The notes: a model not told the origin generated them from the letters alone. 64,000 nucleotides of DNA from Octopus vulgaris (GCA_951406725.2 OX597827.1:17794001-17858000), one strand, 5' to 3'. Shown: positions 28,016-42,447, numbered from the stretch's first letter. Translations and numbers: made by a program.

Positions 28016-28529
28016 ATATAAATGAACAGAACTTCAAGTGCTAGTTTCGTTATTACAATACGTGTATCTCTCTCCCTGTCCCCCCCACACACACTCACAA
28101 CACACACAACACATGCACACAGAGACATGGATAGAGAGAGAGAGGAAGAGAGAGACATATATTTTGCATATATATATATATTTACACACATGTCTTTGTG
28201 TATTAGGTATGTATCTATCGTAATATTATAAAATATATAAATTTATAATATATTAAATTATATTATAATATTATAAAATATATTGAAAATTTTGCAATAT
28301 TTCAATTTGCTTGGAACCAGGAAATAGATATTTATAAAAAGAGTCTCTAAACAGTACATATGAAGACTTGAACACCAAAATATGAATCTTAATGAGGGTG
28401 TATATATGTGTGGATGTATGTATAAGTATGTATGTTGTTTTCTATGTATACTTTCACACACGCACCAACACACACACAAACATGCACACACACACATACG
28501 AGTAAGCAAACAAACAAAAGAAGGGCACT

Positions 28530-28662
28530 CAAAACATTTATTGATCCAAATTCAGTGGTACTCGGAGTCTCAAGCGTGATGCTAATTCAAATTCGCAATG
28601 GTTGAAGACTAGCTACACGCTTGAAACTCGGAGTACCAACGAATTTGAATCAAACTGCTTTG
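28530..28662. repeat. Imperfect ~130-bp hairpin in otherwise unique sequence
   Basis: TTGATCCAAATTCAGTGGTACTCGGAGTCTCAAGCGTG pairs with CACGCTTGAAACTCGGAGTACCAACGAATTTGAATCAA. Confidence 0.8.
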
Positions 28663-28892
28663 ACATATATATATGTGTGTGTGTGTGTGTGTATGATTGT
28701 GTTTGTGTGTGTGTGTATGCGTGTGTGTGTGTGTATATATATATATGCGTTTGTTCTTCCATTAGCTCTTTGCCACTAACAACACCACGCTCTGGAATAG
28801 TGTCTGATAAGTAATCGATTGTCAAATATTAACTAGTCTGCTCTGATATATTGACCGTAATTTAAATTTTGTTTATGTGTGTGATAAATTCT

Positions 28893-29082
28893 TATTCTTT
28901 TACTTGTTTCAGTCATTTGACTGTGGCCTTTAGTCGAGCAAATCGACACTAGGACTTATTTTTTGTAAGCCTAGTACTTATTCTATCGTTCTTTTTTGCC
29001 GAACCGCTAAGTGACGGGGATGTAAACACACCACTATCGGCTGTCTAGCGATGTTAGGAGACAAACAGACACAGAAACATAC

Positions 29083-29148
<66 letters not shown>

Positions 29149-29262
29149 GTATATATACGACGGGCTTCTTTTAGTTTCCGCCTACCAAATCCACTCAGAA
29201 GGCCTTAGTCGGGCCGGAGTTTTAGTAGATGATTCCTGTCCAAGGTATCGCGCAGTGGGACT
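28893..29262 (-). mobile_element. SINE family A
   Basis: Family match. Confidence 0.85.
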
Positions 29263-29554
29263 AAAGCTTTTTCGATCCTAAACTTGGAATGGGAGAAATA
29301 ACTTAGTATTTGAACTCGAAGCAAAGACAGTGGGTGGAGGAACCATTACTACAATGTTATATATCCGGCGTGTTAACGGCTGTGCAAATGGTCGACTTAC
29401 ATGCAGGAATATATGGGCTGGGGGGGGTTACCTGTTTTTCTTTAACTAATAATTGACAGAGAAGTTACATTGTGATTGAACGCCCGACAGCTTCACGCGT
29501 TACAAATTATCGACTGGTTCCAAATCAATGAATCATAGATCTATATGCCGGTGC

Positions 29555-29860
29555 CACGATCGTGAGGTTGTGAACTCGAATCCCGGACCAGGCTACGTGT
29601 TGTGTTCTTCAGCAAGATACTTTATTTCACGTTGCTCCAGTTGACTCAGCTGTAGAAATTAGTTGCGACGTCACAGGTGCCAAGCTGTATCGGCCCCTTT
29701 TCCTTTCCCTTGGATAACACTGGTGGCGTGGAGAGGGGAGGCCAGTATGCATGGGCGACTGCTGGTCTTCCTTAAACAACCTTGCCCAGACTTGTGACTA
29801 GAAGGGTAACTTACTAGGTGCAATACCATGGTCAGTGTCATGACCGAAGGGGGTCCCGAA
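29555..29860 (+). mobile_element. SINE family D-like head with a third tail type
   Basis: GTGTTGTGTTCTTCAGCAAGATACTTTATTTCACGTTGCTCCAG core followed by a different 3' region. Confidence 0.65.
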
Positions 29861-30011
29861 TGGTAATACTCTTGATTGTTCTGGAACAAATTATAAAAAC
29901 AATTACAATGTCACGTGGATAATGCGTAATTTACAAATGCTTAGCTCGTTATGTCATTCAAGAAATAAATAAAAAGATTGAATAGACGAATAAGGAAAAT
30001 TCAAAAACGTA

Positions 30012-30484
<473 letters not shown>

Positions 30485-30931
30485 TATATATGATTTGAAG
30501 CCAGTTTGATAAGTGTCAACGTACGAAACTCTCAGCCCTTGGAGTCACTCTGTATTTCTGCCGATTATTAATATAAGTATATTCACTCGTTTTTTTTTTT
30601 TTTGCTCTGAGATCTTGTTTACAACAAACCTATATGTATATGCATACATACATACATGGATACATACATACATACATACATACATACATACATACATACA
30701 TACATACACACACAAAGATACATACATACATACATACATACATACATACATACATACATAGATACTTACATACATACAGGCATGCATACATACATACATT
30801 TATAAATACGTACACACACATATATATATACATATATATGCATATATATAATGTATTTATATATACATATAATATGCTTATATATATAATTTACTTTTCT
30901 ATATATATATTTATATATATATAATGTATTT

Positions 30932-30962
<31 letters not shown>

Positions 30963-31230
30963 GTACATATATATATAATGTACATATATATTCATGTAAT
31001 GTGCTCTTATATATATATGCAAACAAATGGTGTTGGTTTTGGTTTTGGTTGTGTAGGTGGTAATCTTGTGGTATTTTCTGTGATTATCTCTCAGATTATC
31101 AAATATTGCATCATCTAGATCACTGTTTGCACCACAAATATTTACATATTCTTATGTATGCATATTACAATATGTATGTATGCATGTATGTATGTATGTA
31201 TGTATGTATGTAGGTATGTATGTATGTATG

Positions 31231-31261
<31 letters not shown>

Positions 31262-31500
31262 GTATGTATGTATGTATCATGTATGTGCATATGTGTGTAC
31301 GCATGTATGGTTATATATCTATATAGATAGATAGACAGATAGTGAGACAGATAGATAGATAGATAGATAGAGATAGGTAAGTACGTAGGTAGGTAGGTAA
31401 GTAGGTAGGTATGTAGGTAGGTAGGTATGTATGTATGTGTAGGTAGGTAGGTAGGTAGGTAGGTAGGTAGATATTTTAATAAATACATATATACATACAT

Positions 31501-31575
<75 letters not shown>

Positions 31576-31931
31576 CATACAGGTATGCACATATACACAT
31601 GCATAAGCATATATTTACGCCTTTGTGGGTGGATATATATCTAAGTTTATAAACGTTTTGTGTGCGAGTGTGTGTGTGTGCATGCGTGTGTTGTGTACGT
31701 GTGTGTTTGTGTGTGTGTATGTATGTATGTGTGTGCGCGGTCTTCCATGTGTAATATATATATATATATATATACACATATATATACACACATACATATA
31801 TGTATGTATGTATGTTTGTATGTATGTATGTATGTATGTATGTATGTATGTATGTACGTATGTATGTATGTATATATATATATATATATATATTTATGTA
31901 TATATATATACATACATATATATATACATAC

Positions 31932-31968
<37 letters not shown>

Positions 31969-32619
31969 CACACATATATATATATAAGTGTTTGTTCTAA
32001 TATATATACTTTTGTTTCAAACCTGCCTCCGTCGCATCGGAAAAAGAATTTGGTAAAGAAAAGACGAAAACCAAAAACGAAAATCATGACAGTTCTACGC
32101 TAAGCTTACTAAAACATGTTCTTCACCTTTTCTTTGTTTTTTTCGATAAACAAAACCCCTCCAAGTATATTTTAGCCAAAACATGACAGAAACGGTTTCT
32201 TACCATGTAACCACCACCACCACCACCACCGCCCTCAACTCGCTGAAGCTAGTATGCCTTTTAATCCCCATCAATCCATTTCCGTTATTCGAATCGTTCT
32301 TCGAATATATCTTTGCGATTATCTTAAATCAATAACGGTGACCAGGGGGCGGTTGTGTAGGCGGAAGCTGCTGAGTGCCGGAATACATTAAATGAATGTC
32401 TTAATGGTGTATTCCATGGCTGTCTTATGTCCTTGAGTTTCAAATCTCGACCCGGTCTAAATATGTCTTTCATCTTTCAGTAACCATTATTTAAGTGAAT
32501 TCGGGTACCTATAGTTATTGTTGTTATTTTTTAGACTGAGATTATCTCTTATTATTCTGTTCTATGATCTCGTGCGTTCTACCCGTGACCATTACGTCTC
32601 GTATATATATGTAGGATAT

Positions 32620-33001
32620 TTACTCTTTTACTCTTTTACTTGTTTCAGTCATTTGTCTGTGGCCATGCTGGAGCACCGCCTTTAGTCGAGCAGATCGACC
32701 CCAGGGCTTATTCTTTGTAAGCCTAGTACTTATTCTATCGGTCTCTTTTGCCGAACCACTAAGTGACGGGGACGTAAACACACCAGCATCGGTTGTCAAA
32801 CGATGTTGGGGGACAAACACAGACACACAAACATATATACACACACACATACATATGTATATACATACATACGACGGGCTTCTTTCAGTTTCCGCCTACC
32901 AAATCCACTCACAAGGCTTTGGTCGGCCCGAGGCTATAGTAGAAGACACAATTGCCCAAGGTGCCACGCAGTGGGACTGAACCCGGAACCATGTGGTTCG
33001 T
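32620..33001 (-). mobile_element. SINE family A
   Basis: Family match. Confidence 0.9.
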
Positions 33002-33339
33002 AGGTGCCATGGATGAGATTGAAACACACTTTGACTGCAATTGGTAACAGCTCGAGGAACCGCACGTACTCCTTTGAGGCTAGCAAAGTACTGTAGAAGG
33101 ATACGAAACGCAAAAGGGAAAGGAATCTAATTCATTGGGTATTTGTCTGCGAGACATAAAATGGTATCGGTTTATGGGTTTAAGAATATGGTTGTATATG
33201 AATTTTTATTAGTTTGACATTTGGAAGTATAGTATAGTTTGTTTTGCTTATATCCACATATCTGTCAAGAATAGGCCCCCAGCTTTGGTAAAGTTACTTG
33301 CAGAACGATGGCATTCTACTTTTGAAAGACATTTTTACC

Positions 33340-33742
33340 AGGTGATTTCAAAAGGTTCTTGGACTAGTTAGTAAGAAAGAACTTTTTTTACCTAAGTTTT
33401 AATATCATCTTCGAAATAGCCGGTCCCAGAGTTCCTGCCACTTTTGGAATCCAGCCTGGAAGTCGTTTTCCGTAAGCTACTGAAGAACCTTCTGTGATTC
33501 GCTCTGGGTCTTGACAACGATGTCAAAAGGGCAACCTTTGAGCTGCATGCTTATCTTGTGGAAGAGATGGAAGTCTGCAAGTGCTAAATCTGGTGAATTT
33601 TTGGCGGGGAAACTCACAAGTGGGGAGCGTTTGGTAACAGGGTGCATTATTGCCGTGAAGAATCCAGTTCCCTATGCTCCACAGACCCGGTCGCTTTCAC
33701 CCAAAGGTCGTCCCTCAAACGCTTCAAAATATCGCAGTAATA
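33340..33742 (-). pseudogene. Mariner transposase 3' relic
   Basis: Reverse-complement translation YCDILKRLR..RPGLW..NWILHGNNAP..SPDLALADFHLF..LKG matches mariner LHHDNAP and YSPDLAP motifs. Confidence 0.75.
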
Positions 33743-33810
33743 TGTAATTTTCTAGATGGTATGATTTAATTTTTCATTATTGAATTGATAAAAGGTGGGG
33801 TTTTTTTCTA

Positions 33811-33847
<37 letters not shown>

Positions 33848-33861
33848 TAAAATTACACATC

Positions 33862-34273
33862 TCTTTACTCTTTTACTCTTTTACTTGTTTCAGTCATTTG
33901 ACTGCGGCCATGCTGGAGCACCGCCTTTAGTCGAGCAAATCGACCCCGGGACTTATTTTTTGTAAGCCCAGTACTTATTCTATCGATCTTTTTTGTCGAA
34001 CCGCTAAGTAACGGGGACGTAAACACACCAGCATCGGTTGTCAAGCAATGCTAGGGAGACAAACACAGGCACACAAACACACACACACATATATATATAT
34101 ACATATATACGACAGGCTTCTTTCAGCTTCCGTCTACCAAATCCATTCACAAGGCATTGGTCGGCCCGGGGCTATAGCAGAAGACACTTACCCAAGATGC
34201 CACGCAGTGGGACTGAACCCGGAACTATGTGGTTGGTTAGCAAGCTACTTACCACACAGCCACTCCTGCGCCT
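33862..34273 (-). mobile_element. SINE family A
   Basis: Family match. Confidence 0.9.
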
Positions 34274-34654
34274 ATCTGTTAAGTTTCCCTGTATATAGCG
34301 CCTTGTTTTGCTGATTGTAGATGCCTGTGGCTTGAAGGAAATATAACGGTTAACAACCGATGACGTCATAATATAATAACACTTTTTGCCAAATGACTTG
34401 TTATGTGGCTTTCCACATAGTTTATTACATGGTTCGCCACATGGTGTCTCACATGAATTATGACGCTATATCCTCATCATATAGAAGGTCATCTTTAAAT
34501 ACCCTGAGAATGAATTCGAGCATGCGCTGACGCAATGAGATGAGTAATGGTAGGGGTTTTTTTTGTTGTTTTTTTTCTTTTCTTCTGTAAGATATATTAC
34601 AGCTTGAATCATTCACAAATCTTCACGCTTCTCTTTTCCGGAATTTTGTTTTTT

Positions 34655-34798
34655 TTTACTTTTGTCGGTCATTAGAATGCGGCCATGTCAGAGCAACACC
34701 TTGAAAAACTTTTAGTCGAAGGAATAGACCCCAGTACTTATTTTTATGCTTGGTACTTATACTGTTGGTCTATTTTGCCGAACCGGGAAGTTGTGGGG

Positions 34799-34829
<31 letters not shown>

Positions 34830-35200
34830 CTGTTCCCCCCCCCCCCAACATCGCTTGACAACCGATGCTGGTGTGTTTACGTCTCCGTAACTTAGCGGTT
34901 CGGCAAAAGGGACCGATCTAATAAGTACTAGGCTCTACAAGAATAAGTCTTGGGGTCGGTTTGCTCGACTAAAGGCGGTGCTCAAGCATAGCCGCAGTCA
35001 AATGACTGAAACAAGTAAAAGAGTAAAAGAGTATACATACAAACACACATAGGACGGGCTTCTTCCAGTTTCTGTCCACCAAATCCATGCACAAAGCTGT
35101 GGCTGGCCTGAGGCTGTTGTAGAAGACACTTGCCACGTAATGAGATTCAACCTGAAACCATGTGATTGGAAAACAAGCTCCTTACCCTACACACAACCAC
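34655..35200. mobile_element. Old minus-strand SINE A with a younger plus-strand SINE A 3' half nested in it (~34800-35032)
   Basis: Both halves of the outer copy flank the inner copy. Confidence 0.75.
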
Positions 35201-35256
35201 GGTATTTGAACAGGTACCCTATGAGTCTCATCTAACTGGTTGCAATGTCTATATAT

Positions 35257-35482
35257 ATTTCTTTACTATCCACAAGGGGCTAAACACAGAGGGGACAAAC
35301 AAGGACAGACAAAGGGATTAAGTCGATTACATCGACCCCAGTGCGAAACTGGTACTTTATTTATCGACCCCGAAAGGATGAAAGGCAAAGTCGACCTCGG
35401 CGGAATTTGAACTCAGAACGTAACAGCAGACGAAATACCGCTAAGTATTCACCCGGCGTGATAACGGTTCTGCCAGCTCGCC
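35257..35482 (-). mobile_element. SINE family B monomer with TSD
   Basis: AATGTCTATATA flanks both sides. Confidence 0.9.
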
Positions 35483-35889
35483 AATGTCTATATAGTTGTA
35501 CGATGACTGAAGCAGGATACATGCAGAGAATGAGACTGTTGGTGCTGTCTAAGGAGTGTGACAGGAAGAAAAACCGGAAGAAAATTGCAATGAATTACAG
35601 AAATGGTTAAAATAGATCACCTTAAATGATTACCATTAGACTAATTACAATAATTGCTTTAATAGACGTATAAATTTGTGGCAACCTGATAATTATCAAT
35701 TAAGTATGAGATTGCTTTTTCATTACGCTGTGTAATTAACTGCTGCCGATTTGATTACTTTATTTGCGTGGTATTTCAAGCAATATTTATCTGTAAAGTT
35801 ACAAGGTTAATTTTCGGTTTAGTGGTTGACAAATTGAATAATGCCTCTTTTTTTTCTTAAATACACTGGTTGACAAATTAGCTAAACTA

Positions 35890-35935
35890 TAATGATGATA
35901 ATAATAATAATAATGATGATCATGATCATGATGAT

Positions 35936-35994
<59 letters not shown>

Positions 35995-36340
35995 TAATAA
36001 TAATAATGATAATATGATGATGATAATGATAATAATGATAATAATGATAATAATGATAATAATAATAATGATAATAATAATAATGATAATAATAATAAAG
36101 ATAATGATGATAATAATGATAATAATGATAATAATGATGATAATGATAATAATGATAATAATGATAATAATGATAATAATGATAATAATGATGATAATGA
36201 TAATAATGATAATAATGATGATAATGATGATAATGATCATGATGATGATGATGATGATTATGATGATGATGATGATGATTATGATTATGATGATGATGAT
36301 GATGATTATGATGATTATGATGATGATGATTGATAATAAT
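35890..36340. repeat. Compound (AAT)/(GAT)n microsatellite
   Basis: Direct observation. Confidence 0.95.
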
Positions 36341-36344
36341 AATT

Positions 36345-36600
36345 AATTCTTTTATTAGCCACAAGGGCTGACAAAAATTAATTAAAAACATGAGGGAACA
36401 AAACAGGACGAAAGTTACAAAGGGTTTTGTCCGTTTGTAAAACCGTGTAAAAATTCCAGAGATAACAACGAAAATATAACAATTGAAATTCCCAATAGGG
36501 GGAGGCGCTTCGAAAGGTTCCTGGTGGAAAAACCCATAAAAGCCACGGGAGCCTGGTTAAAAGGGGGGTGTAGAGAGCCCTTTTCTCCTTTTGTAATACC
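36345..36600 (-). mobile_element. LINE 3' UTR related to the Tx1-like element at 16531
   Basis: Shares TTTATTAGCCAC..AGGGCTG and GTGGAAA..CCACGG..GGT blocks with 16531-16850. Confidence 0.55.
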
Positions 36601-36692
36601 TTTTTCTTACAGGTGTATCCTCAGAATTGGTCCTTTCATACTGGCCATTTTTACGACATTTATCCACCAATAATAATAATGTTACGTTGTTT

Positions 36693-37100
36693 CAGGCGCA
36701 GGAGTGGCTGTGTGGTAAGTAGCTTGCTAACCAACCACATGGTTCCGGGTTCAGTCCCACTGCGTGGCATCTTCGGCAAGTGTCTTCTGCTATAGCCCCG
36801 GGCCGACCAATGCCTTGTGAGTGGATTTGGTAGACGGAAACTGAAAGAAGCCTGTCGCATATATGTATATATATATAAGTGTGTGTGTCTGTATTTGTCC
36901 CCCTAGCTTTGCTTGACAACCGATGCTGGTGTGTTTACGTCCCTGTCACTTAGCGGTTCGGCAAAAGAGACCGATAGAATAAGTACTGGGCTTACAAAGA
37001 ATAAGTCCCGGGGTCGATTTGCTCGACTAAAGGCGGTGCTCCAGCATGGCCGCAGTCAAATGACTGAAACAAGTAAAAGAGTAAAAAGAGTAAAAGAGTA
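36693..37100 (+). mobile_element. SINE family A
   Basis: Family match. Confidence 0.9.
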
Positions 37101-37495
37101 TAAAAGATGGGCTACAGCAAATATTCTGCTCAGTACCACAGATTTGCTTGTCAGTTGTTTGACCTTTACCATTTGAGCATGTCCCTTAGTGGCTGATGAT
37201 ATGTGCAACTCTGATCACGAGCAGAAGTAGTGGGGGAGCATCATAGCCATGTGTTGAGAGGAATTCTTTGGGGTGTGAATAATTCACCTCTAGAATCGTC
37301 AGCTCGCCGGGCAAAATGCTTAGCGGTATTTCATCCGTCCTTACATTCTGAGTTCAAATTGCGCAGAGGGCGACTGTGCATTTCCTCCTTTTGGAGTCGA
37401 TAAAACAAGTACCAGTTACAATAAAATAAGTACCAGTCGATAAGTACTAGACCCCCACCCCAAAACATTTCACACCTTTGCCTTTAGGAGAAAGG

Positions 37496-37554
<59 letters not shown>

Positions 37555-37754
37555 TATTATTATTGTTATTATTATTATTATTATTGTTATTATTATTATT
37601 ATTATTATTATTGAGTGAGAGAGCAGTGCATGCCATCAAAGTGATGCTGGGGTAAAATATATGAAGTCCAGTATACCCATCATGACTACCCGTCCGATAA
37701 GGGTGCACCAGACACATGGAGAAGAAGAAGGAGAAGACGGGGAAGGAGAAGGGG

Positions 37755-37945
37755 AAGAAGAAGAAGAAGAAGAAGAAGAAGAAGAAGGAAGAGAAGAAGA
37801 AGAAGAAGAAGAAGAAGAAGAAGAAGAAGAAGAAGAAGAAGAAGAAGAAGAAGAAGAAGAAGAAGAAGAAGAAGAAGAAGAAGAAGAAGAAGAAGAAGAA
37901 GAAGAAGAAGAAGAAGAAGAAGAAGAAGAAGAAGAAGAAGAAGAA
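37755..37945. repeat. (GAA)n microsatellite
   Basis: Direct observation. Confidence 0.95.
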
Positions 37946-38661
37946 TTTCTAATTTCGGCTCAAGGCCATCAATTTCAGGGATGGCAGTTATAAGTTCATT
38001 CCTTAGATCCCACTGCTGCTCTACTGAACTACTACTTACTTTTTATCGAAACCGAAATTCTGAAAAGAAGGAGTCAATGCTCCACCAATGATCACAGGTA
38101 TAAGAACACAATGCTACACACGCCTTAGAAACATGGAGCTACATCAAGTGGAACCACGGAAACTCGCACGAAACTACTGAAAAACAATAACGCATATCAA
38201 CTTGAATAATAACTTTAATATACAAAATATACGCTTTAAGAATTCCTTAATAAAATATATGCTCTGAGATAATTTTCATGTATGTATATATCCAGTTTGG
38301 TGGCTAATGTAGTTCAGTTAACTTATCACATAAATTCTGCTGTTGACGTTCATGTTGTTTTCGATGCCGGTGTCGTTGAAGTAACGTTGTCGTTGTTATT
38401 GTTCTTGTTGTTGCTATTGGTTGTGGTGGTCGTGGTGGTCGTGGTGGTGGCAGTGGTCGTCGTCTTCGTTGTTGTTATTCGCATGTGGAACACAGATCGG
38501 AACTTCATGAACGAGGGAAAAGCATGGCGAACGTTGCGAATAATGGTAAGTGTGGTTCCGTTATGATTAATTCCTGCAAATTAGTTACGTTTTGTTACTT
38601 AATTATTTAAATAATAATTACAAATAATAATAATAATGATGATGATGAAGAAGAAGAAGAA

Positions 38662-38696
<35 letters not shown>

Positions 38697-38712
38697 CGAC
38701 GACGAAGAAGAA

Positions 38713-38751
<39 letters not shown>

Positions 38752-38820
38752 GATGAAGATGAAGAAGAAGAAGAAGAAGAAGAAGAAGAAGAAGAAGAAT
38801 TGAAATCTGAGCAACTTTAC

Positions 38821-39009
38821 CTGACTCCGAGAGTGCTTTTCCTCCATACGAAACGTATGAGAGAGTACTCCTGTTTTGTAAGTAGTGGGAGCTCCGTGGT
38901 AGAGTGACGTTGCAGTTATACTGTATGTGACGATTCGTTCAGAACGTAGAGAAAAAGTGTGCCGCTCGGATTCACGGAATGAGAGAGTAGACTCGGATGG
39001 CCTCAGGCG
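38821..39009 (-). CDS. BTBD16: Internal coding exon (189 nt, phase 0-0) of a BTBD16-like gene
   Basis: Acceptor ...CTAACCAACGTCCAG| and donor CAG|GTAAAG. Peptide RLRPSESTLSFRESERHTFSLRSERIVTYSITATSLYHGAPTTYKTGVLSHTFRMEEKHSRSQ resembles, from recall, the BTBD16 C-terminal segment (RIK...EHNHVSLRAARLVKYEI...QKFGL...KS). Confidence 0.75.
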
Positions 39010-39471
39010 CTGGACGTTGGTTAGAGTAGTGAAATTTGGAAGGGAAACAAAAAAAAAGACAGAGAAAAAAGGGTAAGTTGTAACATTCAACATGAAAACA
39101 TTCGTTCATTGTAACAAAAATAGTACACATTATCCATAGGCCTACGAGGTTTCGAACCACAAACCCTTCTTTTCTGCAGGTCTTTGTATTGTAGCCACTG
39201 CTTTGCTTTGGACACTTATTTCCATTGATGGAGTCATTGAAGACTTAGAGCTTGTCTTGGGCAGTTTTCTCTGATGAGGCCGTTTCTCATGGGCTAGAAC
39301 AAGTCAACATGGTCGTAAGTTGAGGTCCCTGAACTGATGAAATTTAAGATACGAAGCGTAACCCCAGCGGTTATTCTCTCTCAGTTTTATGTGACATGGT
39401 TTCTCTTAGGGTTTCCTCCCTTAGCTACTGAGCCTTATGGGAGCCTATACCACAGGAAAACAGTTTTTATT

Positions 39472-39858
39472 ATTACTTGTTTCAGTCATTTGACTGCGGC
39501 CATGCTGGAGCACCGCCTTTAGTCGAGCAAATCGACCCCGGGACTTATTCTTTGTAAGCCCAGTACTTATTCTATCGGTCTCTTTTTGCCGAGCCGCTAA
39601 GTCACGGGGACATAAACACACCAGCATCGGTTGTCAAGCAATGCTAGGGGGACAAACACAGACACACAAACACACACACATACATATATATATATATGCA
39701 TATATACGACAGGCTTCTTTCAGTTTCCGTCTACCAAATCCACTCACAAGGCATTGGTCGGCCCGGGGCTATAGCAGAAGACACTTGCCCAAGATGCCAC
39801 GCAGTGAGACTGAACCCTGAACCATGTGGTTGGTTAGCAAGCTACTTAACACACAGCC
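39472..39858 (-). mobile_element. SINE family A
   Basis: Family match. Confidence 0.9.
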
Positions 39859-40704
39859 AATAATGTAATTAACATTTAATAGTTCGATGAATTTGGTACC
39901 TGCATACATGCATACAGATGTGTGTGAATGCGTGTATGTGTGTGTGTCAGTGTCGTGTATGTGCGTGTCTTTGTGCGTGAATATGAGTGTGCGTGTATGT
40001 GTGTGTGTGTGTATGTGTGTGTGTGTGATGTGAGAGAGATAGAGAGAGAGAAAAAAAAAAGGAGAAAGAAAGGGACCAAAGCCGATCGTATCGATGCAAT
40101 ATAATTGAAAAGAAGTTTCTCTTTCCCTATCTGACCCTTAATTTTTTTCTTCCTCTTTTTCCTCATCTCTCCCATCCTTCTTCCTACAATTGACATCTTG
40201 AAGGGCCATTTAGCCCTCTACCTCCTACTCTCTTCTTCCCCTTCCTCCCTTATTCGTAAACATGTCAATATGTATATAATTCGAAAAGGTGTATATTTAC
40301 AAATTTGTTGATTGGTATATAATGAGAAAGGAAAGAAAAGAGACAAAATGTTTTGTGGAATTGTAATTAATCAATGTAATTAATCAATTGTAATTAATCA
40401 ATGGGTTGTCTACATCAATACAATATAATTGAAAAGAATCCCCTCTTTTTCTCTCGCTATCTCTGTCTCCCTCTATCATTTTCCCCTCTTTGCTTTTCTT
40501 TTTCTTTCTCTTTCTAGACTCTCCTGCTCCCTATCTTCCTCTTCCCTCTTCTAAACAAAATATAAAACATCCGCTCTTCGATTCATATCAAAAACGATGA
40601 AACGTTCTGATTTATTATTTGGGTTCGATTTTTCTTGAAGAATTCAGTTGAACGAGCGAAGGCGCTCATAAAGAATTATCTAAATTTCTGAGTGCCTCCT
40701 TTTT

Positions 40705-40938
40705 CTTATTTCTTTATTGCCCACAAGGGGCTAAACATAGAGGGGGACAAACACGACCAGACAAAGGGATTGAGTCGATTACATCGACCCCAGTGCGTAA
40801 CTTGTACTTAATTAATCGACCTCGAAAGGATGAAAGGCAAAGTCGACCTCGGCGGAATTTGAACTCTGAATGTAACGGCAGACGAAATACTGCCAAGCAT
40901 TTCGCCCGGCGTGCTAACGTTTCTGCCAGCTCACCGCC
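40705..40938 (-). mobile_element. SINE family B monomer
   Basis: Family match. Confidence 0.9.
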
Positions 40939-40955
40939 TCCTTGTTTTTAATATA

Positions 40956-41358
40956 TTGGGTTGTCCGGAAAGTTCGTGCCGATTTTTAAAGGAAAGAAAA
41001 AGGTCAATAAATACTGGCCATTACGTTTTTAATCAACCAAATATGAACCATTTTATTGCACAATGCGTCTCCATCATTCCTTTAACTTGAAACTACCATC
41101 TTCCCGGAATTGAGGTGGTTTCATGACAAAGAATTCATTAAGGTATCTTTTTACGTCATCCAAGGAATTGAAATTTTTACCATTAAGACTATTCTGCAGA
41201 GACCTGAATAAGTGGAAATCCAAAGGAGCAATATCTGGTGAATATGGAGGGTGGGGTAACTCATCCCAGCCGAGCTGCAGCAATTTTTGTCTGGTTCCCA
41301 AAGCGTACGTCGAAAAATAAGCTACTATAAATCGGCACGAACTTTCCGGACAACCCAA
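40956..41358 (-). mobile_element. Short internally deleted mariner element
   Basis: Perfect 30-bp TIRs TTGGGTTGTCCGGAAAGTTCGTGCCGATTT with TA flanks on both sides; internal LGWDELPHPPYSPDIAPLDFHLFRSLQN. Confidence 0.92.
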
Positions 41359-41512
41359 TACAATATCAAACAATCTATACAACTTGAAACACACTATACA
41401 TATACATATCTCTAGAGCGGGTAAAATTCCCGAGATCCAGCGGTCCTTGTCCTAATATTTACGTTATTCATGTTGATTCATGTTGTGCTGTAGAGAAGAA
41501 AGATATTGTGAC

Positions 41513-41543
<31 letters not shown>

Positions 41544-41604
41544 TGTGTATGTGTGTGTGCGTGTGTGTGTGCGTGCGTGTGTGTGTACGTATATATTGTG
41601 ATAT

Positions 41605-42205
41605 TCTTTTATTCTTTTACTTGTTTCAGTCATTTAGACTGCGGCCATGCTGAAGCACCGCCTTTAGATCATCCCCAGAACTTATTCTTCGTAAGCCTAG
41701 TACTTTTTCTATCGGTTTCTTTTTGCCAAACCACTAGGTTACAGGAACGTAATATATATATACATACATATATATACAAGGTGGAGGCGCGTGGCTTAGT
41801 AGTTAGGGTGTCAGCATCATGATCGTAAGATTGTGGTTTCGATTCCTGGACCGGGCGACGCGTTGTGTTCTTGAGCAAAACACTTCATTTCACGTTACTC
41901 CAGTCCACCCACCTGGCAAAAACGAGTAACACTGCGATGGACTAGCGTCCCGTCCACCTGGGGAACACATACACCACTGAAACCGGGAAACCGGGCCCAT
42001 GATCCTGGCTAGGCTTTGAAAGGACGCATTTATTTTATTTATATATATATACAACGGGTTTCTTTTAGTGTTCTGCCAAATCCACTCACAAGGACTTTGG
42101 TCGGCCGGAGGCTATAAAAGAAGAGACTTACCCAAGATGCCACGCAGTGGGACTGAGCCCGGAACAATGTAGTTGGGATGCAAGTTTCTTACCATACATA
42201 CAGCC
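41605..42205 (-). mobile_element. SINE family A with a nested family D/tail Y SINE (41781-42040)
   Basis: The nested copy sits in the host's internal microsatellite. Confidence 0.8.
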
Positions 42206-42362
42206 AGGAGTGGCTGTGTGGTAAATAGCTTGCTTACCAGCCACATGGTTCTGGGTTCAGACCCACTGCGTAGCACCTTGGGCAAGTCTCTTCTACTATA
42301 GCCTCCTGCCGACTAAAGCCTTGTCTGTGGATTTGGTAGATGGAAACTGAAAGAAACCCCTC

Positions 42363-42447
<85 letters not shown>

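Noticed and set aside
28258-28380. Candidate terminal BTBD16 exon (..LFINIYFLVP..); also 34330-34360 (LTVIFPSS)
   Set aside because: No phase-compatible splice acceptor and only weak similarity.
39268-39310. CTGATGA-GGCC...GGCT possible hammerhead
   Set aside because: No GAAA directly after stem II and no stem I closure.
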